The position numbers were made by a program, and so were the translations under genes. Under the pieces are notes generated by a model. That model was not told where the DNA came from, did not search any database, and saw nothing but the letters and a program-made list of their open reading frames with translations. A stretch of DNA of 64,000 nucleotides from Epiperipatus broadwayi (taxonomy: Eukaryota > Animalia > Onychophora): contig JAQFVV010000009.1 in NCBI GenBank assembly GCA_028023455.1, positions 4,588,001 through 4,652,000 of the forward strand, given 5' to 3'. How positions within the stretch are numbered: position 1 is the stretch's first letter; every line of letters starts with the position of its first letter. Positions 40,090-54,219 of the stretch are shown piece by piece.

Positions 40090-40640
40090 CAGCTATGTTA
40101 ACAAGTTCATTACCTGTCTTCTCAGTTGATAATGAAGTTATAGAAATGGCTTAAAACTTCCGATTCTTGATTCATTCATCAACAATAAAGGAACCAGAAA
40201 TCAAAAGATTTTACAAATCCTTGTATAGTTGCAATAAAAAAGCCTGGAAAAGTTACCATACTTCCTGTGACTCTATAGAGATGACAATTGGACAGTGAAA
40301 AAGAAAGATACCAAAATATTAATGCTTTTGAACTGTAGTGCTGGCAAAAAGTGGAAATGAATTAAAGATAATAATTGGATATTTGATCAACTTTGATTTA
40401 AATATTTACTTAAAGCATAAAAGACTGGGTTGAAATTGTTCTATTTGATCATATGAGATGATTCAATTCATTAAAAATGTATGCATATAAAGCTTGAAAA
40501 GATTGAAGATAAAAAAAGAGGATATCCAGTAATAATCATTACAATAGTGAATACATTTTTGAGTAATCTGAAAACCAAAAAGATAAAATCATTTTGGAGA
40601 AATATTATTCATATGATTGTATTGACAGTTTCTAGATAGT
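40090..40640 (+). mobile_element. RTE-like LINE 3' fragment
   Basis: RT-tail remnants (yLGs..n.kg....ei; vvlyrcdnWtv..kD..kinaFElwcw); borders approximate. Confidence 0.5.
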
Positions 40641-41231
40641 CTTGGGTAGAAAAATAAATAATTAAACTCTATGGCAAGAATTTAGCTCTACATAGCATTA
40701 TTATTTTTAAGACTCTGAGCAATTTAATAAAATGATAAGATAATGTATTTAAAAGCTAAAGATTTCCGGATTGGAGCTTACATTTATTGTGCTAGTAATT
40801 TCATCTCTTGAGCATCTAATAGTTAGATTATTTATTTATCTAACTAAAATTAGAAAACAGTAAAAGCGTGACGAATTTTAGATTTTATAGATATAATGAA
40901 AGTTTGTATGTATGTATGTTTTAAAGATTTAATTCTCAATAAAAAATAATATATATATATTTATCTTCATTTTAAGTTTTGGGAAAGATGATCCACTCCA
41001 TAAATGAAGAGGATATACATATTATATGTGTGTGTGAACGCATTATTTCTTTACAAAGAGTGGTAAGGGTATTTGTTTATTGTTATTACTATACATTTTT
41101 TGATCTCTAAAAAAGAAAGTATACATACATTGATATCTTATGGAGAAAGGGATATTGGGGTTATTTAAATTTACTAGAGGGCAGCAGTGGATGATGTTAC
41201 TAAGGAAGTAAAAGTGGTTGTAGCAACTAAA

Positions 41232-41332
41232 ATGGATATAAATGAAAAAGGAAAATATACTTTCCAGTTTATTTCAAATAATAATATTAAAAAATTGGAG
41301 TCAAAAGAGTATCAAGATTTAATAAAAAAGTG
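41232..41332 (+). CDS. CFAP300: Probable first coding exon of cilia- and flagella-associated protein 300 (C11orf70)
   Basis: MDINEKGKYTFQFISNNNIKKLESKEYQDLIKKW resembles the CFAP300 N-terminus as I recall it ([28 protein letters not shown]); acceptor tttactag at 41177, aaaATGg, donor TG/gtaggt; later exons not found in the window. Confidence 0.55.
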
Positions 41333-42879
41333 GTAGGTATTTGAAATAATAAATTAATTATCAGTTAATATTTAAAAATGTTTAGCGTTATTTTTAAATT
41401 ATTGAAAAACTCCCATGCAACAATATTTTGTATTTCAGACTTTTTTCTTAGTAGTGTATAGTGCATGTGTGAATATATGTATTATCACAATAATGTAAAA
41501 ATTAAATATTGATATTAGTAAATTGTTACTAGTTAAAAGAATTAAGTAGTACCGTCAGAATGTAGTGGTGTGGGGATAAATTTTAGCAAACCGACTCGTT
41601 AAAATGATTAATAATAATATAGATTATTGTTTATCTACTGGTTTTCTAAAATATTTCCGTATAACTTTTCAATATTTCTTGTTATTCATTCAAATATGAA
41701 AAAAAAAAAATCATAACTATCACGTGGCATGAGTGAGACTTACTAAATTGGTCTATTTTGTGATGATTTATATTCTTAAGAGTTCCAAAATTGTTGCAAT
41801 ATCTGAGTTTTTAATTCTAGAGATATGATATATACATATATGCTGTTTCCCATTTCCAAAATTTAATCCAAGACTAATTTTTTTTTACAAAGAATTACCA
41901 TGTTATATATTTCAAATATTCACATACCCTAGCATTGAACAAGCACGTTTACAAACATCTATTTAAAACAATTCTAACGTATTACTTAAATTTAACCATA
42001 TACATACTCATCCTGATACAATTAGTTGAGAAACCTTAGAGTTGTTAGAAATAAATAAAAATAGTTATATTAATAATAAATGAACCAATTTTAAAATCAC
42101 ATACTGTATTATTTTGAAAGGACTAGGAGTGTAGGGCTCATACTCCTGATGTGAGGTGGAAGTCTGGACTGGATAAAATTTTAAAGGTTTTTTTAAATCT
42201 CGAGCATAAGTTGTTTTTATGTAAATAACCCATAGCTAATTCAGTTACTCAGCTAATAGTAGTTGGTAAATATGCATCTAGATATATAGAATCTGGATTA
42301 ATGAAGTGAGTGCACCAACTGTAAAAAATAAAATTAATTGTAACGTGCAACTTTCATCATTTATGAAATAGATATCATACTTTAACAGGTTCTGAGCTTA
42401 TTTACCTTTTTATCTGGGTAAATAAACAAAAACTTTCATCACTTTTAACTATACATTAAATCTATTATATTAAACAACCTGATGGAAGATATGAAACAGT
42501 TATATTAATTATAACAAAAATAATTATATGAACATATAAAACATCAATAATATAATTGGCTAAAGATACGTTTATATAGAGGGTTTTTTTATGTCTTAAA
42601 AATATTGTATGGTTTTAATAGGTTATAGTTAATTTTATATAAAACAGATAGATGTCGTTATATATATGGAAGGTAGATCGTAATTGTAAATTAGTTGAAG
42701 CACATTGAAAAGGGCAAAAATTAATATTTTCTGAAAAGAGCTTTTATGTGTATGATTATTATTACATATATTATTGCTGTTATATAAAGATATTTTATAT
42801 TATGTCGTTGATTTATTTAAATTAAATATTTCATAATATTGATTACACTCTAATTTAAAATAATTATCATCAATAGTAT

Positions 42880-45860
42880 TTTGTCTCATGGCCAGATCCC
42901 TAGAGTAGTCACATCACCATCTAACAATGTCGATCGTTTCCATCTTTTCTTCTTGCTTCCACTTACCATTCCCTCCAAAACATCTTTCATTAAACTATAC
43001 TTTCTTCTTAATATCCGTTGAATTCAGTTTCTTTCTAATTTCCTCAATCAATCTTTTTTTATTTAATTTTTTCAAAAGTTTTTCATTTGTTATTTTATTT
43101 TTCTCATCTGATTTGTTTCATTATTCTCCATTTCCCCAACATCTCAAATGCTTCCAGTCTATTCCTAATTTTATTAGGCATTGTTTATGTTTCACAACCA
43201 TACAATAGTACACTCCTCACATAGCATTTAACCAATCTTTTGGCAGTCCACAAAATATTTTCTTTATCTTAATAAATGCTTCTTTGTTCATGCTATTATT
43301 CTTTTAATGTCACTTTTTCCATCCTCACTCAACCAACTACCCAAATATCTAAATCCCTTTACCTCTTGAACTATGTTATCATGAACTTCAATTTGTAATC
43401 TTTTTGCATTCATTCCTATCCATAAACAATTAGTACTTTCAATGTTAATCTTTATTCCATATTTTATACATCCTTCTTTCAATATATTCAACATATTCTG
43501 AAGACATTTTTTATCCTCATCTATAAAAGACATATCATTTGCAAATCTTTTATATTTTATTATTCTACCTCCACCATTTGCTTCTCCACAGTCTAAATAA
43601 TTATTTTAACATAGCTTCTAAATAAATATTAAAAAGAACAGATGACATACTGCATTCTTGTCTAACTCCTCTTTCTATATTCACTTCATCACTTTCATTA
43701 TTCTCCAGTCTAATTCTTATCCTTTGCGCAGTATATATATTCCAAATCAATCTTCTCCCTTTCCAAAATACTATTTTATTTTTAAGATGGTCATAAGTTT
43801 ATTTCAGATTAGTCTATAAAAATGCATTTTCCAAATCACAAAACATAGACCAGTTTCTTTATTGTTTTCATTATATCTCTCTGCAATTGTTTAACAACCT
43901 GAATAGCATCTTTTGTACTTTTACTTCTCCCAAATCCAAAGTGTTCTTCTTCAATATAATACTCTACCTTCCCATAAATTCCTTGAGTTAAAATCATCAA
44001 TAAAGCTATGAAGCATGAGATAACAAACTTATCCTGTACTTTTCACTTTAATTAGCAATTGAAATCAATATAGTCCTTTAAAAAAATCTTTAGGTCAAAC
44101 TCGTATATGAAATTGCAAAGTCTAACTATTTCCTTCATATTTCTCCCATTTCTTTCAAAAATTATACAGGTATTGCATCAAATCCAACAGCCTTTCCATT
44201 CTTTATTAGTGCAGTTAACTTTTATTACTTCATCTGGCAATATATCCATACCTTTATCATCTACTTCAATATATCCTTCATTTTCAAGTTTATAATTGAA
44301 TTATTTTCTTTTCTAAATAGACACTGCAGATATTCTTTCAATCTTTTTAATATATGTTGTTCCATTCTTATCCACAATTTCATTTACTAATCATGCCTCT
44401 TTTTTCCAAGTGATATCTACCAAATCATATCTTTATCTGTTAAAGCACTTGTTTCAACCATTATGCTTTTGCTAAATCTGTTTCTCTTCTTAGCTTATTA
44501 TTAATTTTTCTATATGTGCTTGGCCTTTCCTCAGTATTGACATTCTTCCCCCTTCTCTGTACTGCCATATTTTCAACATACCCTTATCCAAGGTCATTTA
44601 GCTTTATTTAACTGAATAGTGCATGTTTCATTTTTTTCTGTTTTTAATAATCCTTCTTTAATCCTACACCAAAACTTATCAGAACTATTAATATATTCCT
44701 CATCTTTACCAGTTCTTTTTATTGCATTTTTTTTTATATTAAACCAAATTTTTTTATTTCTCTCAACTTCTTTTTAAACTCAACTTTAATTTAATCATAA
44801 CCAAATTATGATCTGAGTTTATATCAGCACTAAGAAAAGCATGCAAACACTTAACAGCATTTTTGTATCTATCCTGAATCAATATGTAATCAATTCGATA
44901 ACATTCTCTATCATCTGAAATTTTCCATGTACACAATCTTCTTATATGATTTTTAAGCATTTATAATCACATACCTATTCTTTTTACAAATTTGTACAAG
45001 CTGGCTATCTCTTTCCTTTCTTTTTCCTATACTAGAATTTCCAACAATTTTTTCTTCCTTATCTTTTCCAAAAACAGCATTCCAATCACACAATAGCAAT
45101 ATACATGCATTCTCCCCTCCCCTCATGTTGGATATTCTCTCTACTCATATTTTTCATCAACTAAAATATCATTGTGAGTAGGAGTCAGCATATAAACATG
45201 TACAATTACCAAATCCTTAGGGCTTGCAGTTATTCTCATCATCATCAGCCTATCATCAGTATAATCACTTTTGCTATACTATTCCAGATTTTCTTCCCAA
45301 TAACAATATCAACTTCATTAATTGATTTATCACTATCTGAATAAAATAACATCTTCACTACTTACTTCCCCACATTCCTCCCACCTCACTTTTCTTAATC
45401 CTATCCATCGATATTATTTATATCCAATCTTTTTTCAAGTTTTCCAATTTCCCAGCTCTTTTCAGTGATCTAATATTCCACTTGCCAAATCTCAACATGT
45501 TAACTTTTAATAAATGAATGAACTTTATGAGGATTTTTACAGGTTTACAATCTGAGTAGCTCATATCTACTGCTGGTCAAGACACCAAAACCATCCTTAG
45601 TAAAGGTCTCATTACCAAAAAATTGATTCCTGTAAACATATTCATAATAAAACGAGGGAATTATAAGACAACATGGTTTCCCATTGCCTTTTTTGCCCAG
45701 AAATATCTCCATTACAGGCTTAATGTGCTGGCTGAATTTCATAAAATGAACATCCACCAACTGCTTCCTTCTCACTGTTGTTACTTATAGTGATCTTCCA
45801 CTCACATGGAAAAATGCTGTTGCCGACCTAGAACCCAGCAGGGTATTGACATTTAATGTG
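42880..45860 (-). mobile_element. Decayed near-full-length RTE-clade LINE
   Basis: LCTWKISDDRECYRIDYILIQDRYKNAVKCLHAFLSADINSDHNLV (APE endonuclease); RT FANDMSFIDED..YLGSWLSEDGK; borders approximate. Confidence 0.85.
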
Positions 45861-46313
45861 GACAACACTCTCCCTTATACCTCCACTACCATGGAATTGT
45901 GATATTTTATACTTCACCACTTCCTGATAGTGAATATTGTCAATGACTGCTTATTTACAGTACTGTGTTTATTCACAACTAACCTTTACAGCTGAAGATC
46001 ATTTCCCTATCTGCAATCTGGGATGCTCTGGGTGGCATGGGACCCATGCCCTGAAATTCAATCCAATCTAGATAATTTAGAATATATGGATATATGTGTA
46101 TTTAATAGCTTATTTTTCTTTTTTTTTTATATTATTATATTTAGAAAAATACTATTTAGATACTTTATAGAGAAAGCCAATATTTTTTTAGAGTATTTAT
46201 TAGAATGTCTTAAAAATTATTATTGCTGGGATGAGCTGGCTTATCGCAACTAATGAAAGTCGGTGTTATAATATCAAATATGAAAGCATTAATAAATAAA
46301 TATTTTTGGAAAT

Positions 46314-48290
46314 TGTTATATCTCAACTTATTTTTAACTGGAGGCTTAGTCTGGATTCTATCTTATCTTGATTGAATTCATTCAATTCCAAGGACCAAGA
46401 GATATATGAAAAGGTAACATATATTATCTAATAATAGAAACAGGCCAAATGAATAATGACTCTAGTGAATCTAATTGTTAGTCAGGCCAGTTGGAAGTAA
46501 AGGGAGATAATGACAACTTACTCTTAGACCTGAATGGCAATATGTACATTTGTCCACTATATGGTTAAAGCAGTGAGGCAAGTTCATATTAGAACTGGAA
46601 GCTGCTTTATTCTGGATGAGGCATGCTGTCATGGGTGCAAATACATATTTGTAATTTTATTTAAGTAATAAATATTTCAACATATTTTATGAGTCTGTGT
46701 TTATTATAATCATGCATAAACACAACAGTTGTTGGCAGTCATATCAAGATATTGACAGCTAGCATCATTAGTGCATTCAATAAAAAAATTAAAAGAATCA
46801 GTTCCTGATTAATTATACAAATAAGGTCGAAAAAAAATTTTTTTCCCTCAGAAAAGCAAAAGTCAAAATGATTGAAATTGGCTCATTCTAAGAGTTTGAT
46901 ACATCTGATCCTGAAAATTGAAACATTCTACAGGGATTGAGTGCTTTCCTATATACAAGCTAATCAAATCAAAAAGCTTGACTTAAAATTAGTCTTGTTT
47001 GTGTCTATATGTCGATCTCACAAGCAAAATTATTAGTAATGGTAGACCAGTAATAATGGGACTGGATACTGTTTCCACAGTGTCTGTTGTATCAAAAAAG
47101 GCATGGGCTATAATTAATAGAAAAGACAATCAACAAATGCATCCTAATGGTATAGTGATTATTTACTATCAAGGCAATCAAACATCACTATGAAGTTATT
47201 ATGCCTAACAAAATTTATTTGCATCTTGTTGCACTGATAAGCATACCAATTTATTAGTCCTTGGCTGGTTCAATTAACTGGTCTTTATAGTAAACTAAAG
47301 TGAATCAACTGACAAATAAAATTAAATCAAAATGGGTCTACCCACAAATGGTTGATGATAAACTGAATTTGAGCCCTCGAACAAACTATGAAAATAAAAA
47401 TTCTAAAATGCTTATAGGTGCTCAAGTCCTATAATATGTCCAAGGGAGTCACCAAATGGGTTCCAACAGTTATAATCAAGTTAAAAGGATTGCAAACAGT
47501 GATTTTTCAAACAGAAGATGGCCAGCAACACTACAGGCACAGAAAGCAACTTCAGTTTGAACTATACATCACAAATCAACAGAGAAGAGTCATCATCCAA
47601 CAGCAAAGAGTCTTCAGCCAGCAGCAATGAGTTATAAGTCAAAGGTGAAGAATAACCAGTCAACTGTGATGATTGGGAAGTCATTAGATCTACAAATGAA
47701 AACACAACCTGCTGATGAAGCCAAAAAATGATGAAGACATTCACCAAGGCATCTGAGTGACTACATTCTCCAGGGCTAATTTTAGAGAGGGGAAGGGAAA
47801 GTTATATCTTAATTTACCTTTAATTAGAGGATGTAGTCCAGATTCCATTTCATCTTGATTAGATTGAGCATTACTGTGAACCAATATCCAATAGTAGAAG
47901 CAGTTCAATGGATGATAATGCTCAGTGAATAAAATTATTTTCATGAGAGAAAAGGATCTGGCTATGAATAGAGTATAGTTGGAGGTAAAGGGAGACAATG
48001 ATAATTTATTATCAGACCTAAATGGCTGTATCTATATTGTCTCCACTATATGGTTAATGCAGTGAGACAAGTTTACCTTACATCTGATAACTTCTAGAAC
48101 CTACATGAGGCAAGCTGTCATGGTACAGCTGGAAGTGTCATCATAGCTACAAAACAAGGCAAACTATCATAGAAGAGCTGGAAATGTTAACTGTACCTAC
48201 TCATAAGACAAGCTGTCACTGTATAGCTGGAACTGATATACTGAACCAATGGTATCAAGTGAAGGGATAACAATTTTATATATTATAAAT
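46314..48290 (+). mobile_element. Internally deleted Gypsy-type LTR retrotransposon
   Basis: Diverged LTRs start tgttatatct (46314) and gttatatctt (47801), the latter after PPT agaggggaagggaa; gag remnant EFDTSDPENW..ANQI, protease-like LDTVSTVSVV, integrase tail WVPTVIIKLKG..DGQQHYRHRKQL. Confidence 0.75.
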
Positions 48291-51200
48291 ATGCATTTGT
48301 ATATAGACTATTTTTGGAACTTTTGGATAGAACTTCAAGAAAACTAATTTCTATCTTTCTAGATGGTTTTATTGAGGGGCAGGATATTCTTTTATACCTG
48401 GGTCTCATATTGATAGGATTTAAGAATTTTTCAGTTTTATTGTCATTTGTGTATTACAAAGATGCTTCTAGAATCTGAATACTAGCCAAAACTTAAAATA
48501 GAAATTTATATAACACTACAATACTAGCCAAAGCAACAAAATTCAACTAAAATTCTTACACAACCATGGTTTCATCTATTAACAAATAGACCCTCTCAAG
48601 TGAAATTCAACTAAACATATAACATATATATATATAGAGAGAGAGAGAGAACAAAACTTAAACTTGATAAATATTATTATTAATTAAAAATTTTGTTGTT
48701 GATACATATTTGTGGTATGCTGAGAGTTATATATATGTAACTAAAGATAGAAGTAAGATGAACAAATAAATATGAATAATAATATTAATCAATTTTTAAA
48801 ACTGTAAGTTAGATCAGAACAAAAGCATTTTTAAAAAAAGAAATATGTTTTTAATAATGATAGTCTTTATCAAATAATAAATTTGGATACAAATTGTTTT
48901 ATAATTAACAATCAGATTAATGCCCAGATTATTAAAACAAGTTTTTATATTCCAGAAGCCAATAGTTAAAACTGAAAATCAATATACAAATAATTCTACA
49001 CTGAGAAACTTTTGAATATGATTTCAATATAAAGACAGAAAAACTAACGAAGGAAGTAGCTAAAAAAAAAGAAGCTAAACTAGCTTTCCTAAAGATTCAT
49101 TGTTCAAAATAAGTCTACTTGGGGCATGTTTTTAATCATTTGGGCTTTACTATTACTGTGGTAGTTCTTTGAGCTAATTAGATAATAGAGTTAACATAGA
49201 AATAATTATTAACTATTATTTTCATATTTAATGTTATAATGTCTAACTTTTATTCTAATAAACCATCTTTGCCATTAAATATATGTTTAATTTAACAAAC
49301 TAGAATTTATATAAATTTAGACCCTATACTTATCAGAAAACTAAATTTTCCTGGCGCAATAAATAATATTGACTTGAATTTAAATTATTTATAGTTTGAT
49401 ATGTTTTAAAATCAGAAGTTAGTTATATATACTACTTGCTGTCATAAATGTATTGGTTATTTAAGTAAACCTTATTAATAGATAATAAGTAGTTTATGTG
49501 AGAAATTGGCATAAAATGTACACCAAAAATTTGATCTTAATCAAAGGCATGAAACAGAGAGGCAATATATATATATAAAATTGTGCTATATCCAATTTTT
49601 TTTATAGTTCTATAAAATTTATATGATTTTTATTTTTAAAACAAAATGATTTAAATCATTTGCAACTTGCTTGTTTTTTTATATATGTAACTTGTTTTTA
49701 TACATAGAATCTTGTTTTAGATCCTAAAATTAATTAATCTTATAATAACTTAATTTTGAGACAGTCCACATTCGTAAACGTAAACAGAAAAATATCTGCA
49801 TATTTTCATAAATAGTTTTGAAGTGTATATGAGTGGAAAATTCTGACAGTTTAATTGGTTTGGGTCAGTAATTTCATAATTAATAGATGAGAATTTTAGA
49901 AGAGTATAAGAGAAATCAGGAATCACCATACAATAGAATCATGCAAAGGAGATCTAGATTTCTATACTTATGTTACACATTTTATTGGTTTAAATTGATT
50001 TTAAAATAATTCTTGGCAAAGAAAATTCTTTTGGATAATTTTGTGAAAATTATTTTCTCTGTATTGGTACATAACATCAACAAAATTATTTATCTTTTCA
50101 GTTTATATTAAATTGGAAATTTTAATAAAATTTTTATGAAAAATCCTTTAACAAGAAAATATTTCATCAAATATTCACTTTAAAATATTAGTATGATATA
50201 TTAGCTTTATATCACTATTCCAGTAAGAACAAATAGAAAGCAAAAGAAATATAATACACATACAACCAACTCAAATCTCTAAAGTTTGGACTGATTGTGC
50301 AGATTATAAAATAGTTTGTTAATTCTTTTCTAAATAATTTATTTTCCATATTTTACAAATTTTTTGATGGGTAAAAGCCTGGATAAAATATATAATCTTT
50401 ATTACATTTTCTTAAATAATTCTGATGTAAAACCTTATTTATTATGGTAATAAATATTATATCTAAATATCATTATGATTACAGATTGTAATTTAAGCTA
50501 TTTAGTAATGAAGTTAAGCTCATTTTATCAAGATCTGTATTTAAGATTACGTGCTTGTTTTTATATCAATATTTGAATAATAAGGCCATGTCTTAATTAA
50601 AAAGTTTATATACATTTTCATTTTTATTGTATATTATTAAGTAATTATGATATAAAATATTATCTATTATGACAATATTATATGTGAACATTATTACAAT
50701 TGCTGATCCTAATTTGTGCTATCAGCAAGTCTTTAATAAAATTAAATTCATTCTATTAAGATTAGTATTTGAGATTACATGCTTGTTTTTGCATCAATAT
50801 CTGGATAATTTTACTTCTTCATTAAAAGGTTTATATATTTTTTCATTCATATTCATAACCTAAATTATAAACAGCAACTTATGTACTAACTGTTTGTTCT
50901 ATTTTTATTTTGTTTAATTTATACTACTTTTTTTATTAACTGCATTCCAAAATCATGATTACACTAACGGTCATTGTAGTCGTCACTTTTTTACGAATTT
51001 ATATTGGGAAAGTGTAAGATATATATGAGTGTATTCAGGATTAGTTGTATTCCTTATGTTACCATTATAATTACATCACTATTATTTACTATAAAACAGA
51101 TTATCTATCTTATTTATATAGTATAAACTAAAACTGGTGACAATATCTATAAAGGATAACTATCAATTCCACCATATGCATTAGACATCCTAATATGAAA

Positions 51201-52002
51201 ACTAGTAATGACAGTGTTGTTTGCCATTCTTACATATTTTCATTATACTCTAATTCTATAGATGGATAGAAAATGGATATATGAGCATATGAATAAAAGA
51301 ATTTTTAGGTAGGTAGGTATATGGATGAGTTGGTAGATAGGAATATGGGCAAGCAGATAGATGGACAGTAGCACATTTACTGAGTGATCACATGGTAAAG
51401 CACCATAATAAACATTATGTACACATGTCAATAACAGATCTCTCTTAAGAATTATAACAAAAATTTGATATTTTTAAATGTCCTTGAGATAAGACTAACC
51501 TAATAACAAATTAAAACTTCTTACAGAAAACCCACACACTGACTAAAATATGTAACATATAAATTTAATCATGACAGAAATACAAAAAGGGAATTTTACT
51601 ATCACTAATAGAACTCTATGAAGATTAATTACCCCTCAGCTATCTTTAATAAATTTTAAATAGATAATAAAAAGAGACGTCAAGTGAAAAATAATGATAG
51701 GTACTTTAGTGTATCACATCATCAATACAGCTTAACAAACTAAAGAAAACCTGTAATCAATATATAATATCATAACAACTTTCCAAAGCCAAAAAAACCA
51801 TGGGGAATTCTAATCTCTATGAAAGCTTGAATGGCTAAAAAACAATAATTATATCTGAAATACCATGTGAATTTAGAAAGACAAATATCAAAACAAGCAA
51901 AACTTTCCATACAGTATAGCCACTCAGTGCAAGCCAGAGTAGTCAATGGATGCCAGAAGGCTTGTGCATAAAATCCCCATCTAGTGCCTACTCATCCAAT
52001 AT

Positions 52003-52042
52003 CCTCAGACTAGTTTCTGGCTTGTGACCTTCATCAGTGAGG
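52003..52042 (-). ncRNA. Type I hammerhead ribozyme (canonical core)
   Basis: CCTCA-CTGATGA-A-GGT cacaa GCC-A-GAA-ACTAGT-C-TGAGG; perfect stem I and palindromic stem III. Confidence 0.85.
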
Positions 52043-52092
52043 AACCTTCCAGCTGCCACCTTTATCTCTACTTAACTACAAAACTACGAGTC

Positions 52093-53852
52093 ATTTCAAT
52101 AAAAATTTTATTAACAGTAAATAGTGATTACATACTAATAAAAGATAAATAAATGAATAAATTGTACAATAATATGATTATATAATGTTCTATTTGTCAT
52201 CTGGCTAGATTATGTTATGAGAGCACAATTGTTATACTCTTATGTGGTTAGGTATAGTGAAGAGATTTCTAAAAACTTGTTTAATGGTATTAGCATTTTT
52301 AATATAAACATGAATATTTTCTTTTATAATTGACTATTCTATAATGCTGGGTAGGTGGGAATTGATATCAGTAAAAGGAAAGAGCAGTTAAAGACCAGGT
52401 GTCATCAAAGACTTTACTGGAGGCAAGGAGCTGGTCACGTTTCTTGATTTTTTTGAGCGTTTGATAAAACAATGGTATGATTTGTGGTGGGGGTAATTCC
52501 ATGAGACTTTTGCATCTCACTATCCATATAGAATAAAGGACAGAGGTAGAAAGCCTTATTATTGAAAAAACTCCATTATGAAAGGCATTTTCAAGTGAGA
52601 AAATCATATCAGGTCTTATGTTGGAATTGATTATAATTATATCTTTCAGAGTTTTAAGTCTTGGGCACCGGTGTATAATATGGTCTATGGTATCATCTTC
52701 ACGAGCACACAGACCACATATAGGGTCAATGCTGGTAAAACCTCTTTGGTGATAAAGAAACCAATTCGTGGGTAGCGCATTAAGATTTATTTTAATGATG
52801 AAGTCAAGGAATTTGGGTTCTAGACTCTATCTTTTAAAGTGTGTAATGAGTCTTTGGTTGGTTACTTTTAGGCTGGTTTTAATGGGTTGTTGATTATAGT
52901 TGATTATATTGTATGCTTCCCATAAGGTGATTTTTTGGTTAAGGTTAAAGGGTATTATTGGGTTATAAAATTGTAGGTGTTCTATTAGGGATGCTATCCA
53001 TGAACTGGAAGAGGGTGGAGGATGATCTGTCAGTGTAATTTTTTTAATAATGTTAGAGTATCCGCAGGAGAGGATCAGGTTATGTAGAGTGTTGTGGGTT
53101 TTCTGTAAAATGATTGCTTGTATTGAGTGGAATGACAGTCCATTGAACCTGCGTGGTTGTTGGATACCTCACAAGCTAATAGCAACTGTCCTTCCTCTCC
53201 AGAGAAGTTTGGTGCATAATTGGTTAATTTTATTTTGAAACTGTTTAGACATTTTAACGAATGGAAGATAATATGAGATTTTTGGCATTATGATCATGTT
53301 GAGGAGGCCAACCTTTCCATATAATGAAAGGTATACTCTAGAGAGTGAAGTGATGATGGCTTCAGTTGAATGGAGTATTGCATCTTGAATCTCTCTTGCC
53401 TTGCAATTGGAGTTTTGTAGATTGGGAAACCTAGGTATCTTTGGGATTTTGCAGAAAAGGGAGAGTTAATTTGTTTACCAGACATTATCTTCCAGATGGA
53501 AGATTTGTTAAAATTTATTTGTAGGCCAAGTTTCACTGTATTTCTGTTTAATATGTTCATGAGATGGGGAAGGTATTTAATGGTGGGAAGCACAACCATG
53601 ATGTCATCTATATATGCAAATACATTGAAGTTTTTATTGAGAGAGGGAAGAAAAATTCCAGGGAGGTTTTTTTCTATATCAGTCAGAAGAGGGTTGATGT
53701 ATGCTGTGAAGAAAAGGGCACTGAACGGAGATCCTTGAGGAATCGACTTGTATGGCTTGAAGCCTGGTGTGATCTTGCCATCAAGAGAGAGAAAAATCTC
53801 TCTGTTGTTGGGCAGATTGCTGACCATCTGTACAATCCCGGCTGGAATGTCG
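52093..53852 (-). mobile_element. 5'-truncated L1/Tx1-clade non-LTR retrotransposon with a 14-bp TSD
   Basis: RT IPQGSPFSALFF..FAYIDD..RYLGFP; zf-RVT LPTN..CGLCAREDDTIDHIIHRC; TSD caaaacta(c/t)gagtc at 52079-52092 and 53853-53866. Confidence 0.88.
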
Positions 53853-54179
53853 CAAAACTATGAGTCTTAAATTGAAAACACAATATTTTCAATCCAAGCT
53901 TATTAGCTTATATAGTCATATAGGTCTGAACTCAGTTCAGTACCTGTACATTTTGGTGTCTTTGGTTCTTTGATAACCATAGTTACCACTATCCTATTAG
54001 GCAGGATTGGTTTTAAGCCAATAAATATCACATAATTACCATTTCTTATGCTTGCTTATAACTTATTAAGACAGGCAAACTCTCCATTCAGTATTGTCAT
54101 TCAGTGCAAGCCAGAGTAATCAATGGATGGCAGAAGACTTGTGCATAAAATCCCCATCTAGTGCCTACTCACCCAATAT

Positions 54180-54219
54180 CCCCAGACTAGTTTCTGCCTT
54201 GTGGCCTTCGTCAGTGAAT
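54180..54219 (-). ncRNA. Type I hammerhead ribozyme
   Basis: TTCA-CTGACGA-AG-GCC acaa GGC-A-GAA-ACTAGT-C-TGGGG. Confidence 0.75.

Noticed and set aside
46025-46065. Hairpin ggcatgggacccatgcc followed by gaaa
   Set aside because: The upstream sequence (ctgggtg) does not match any hammerhead core.
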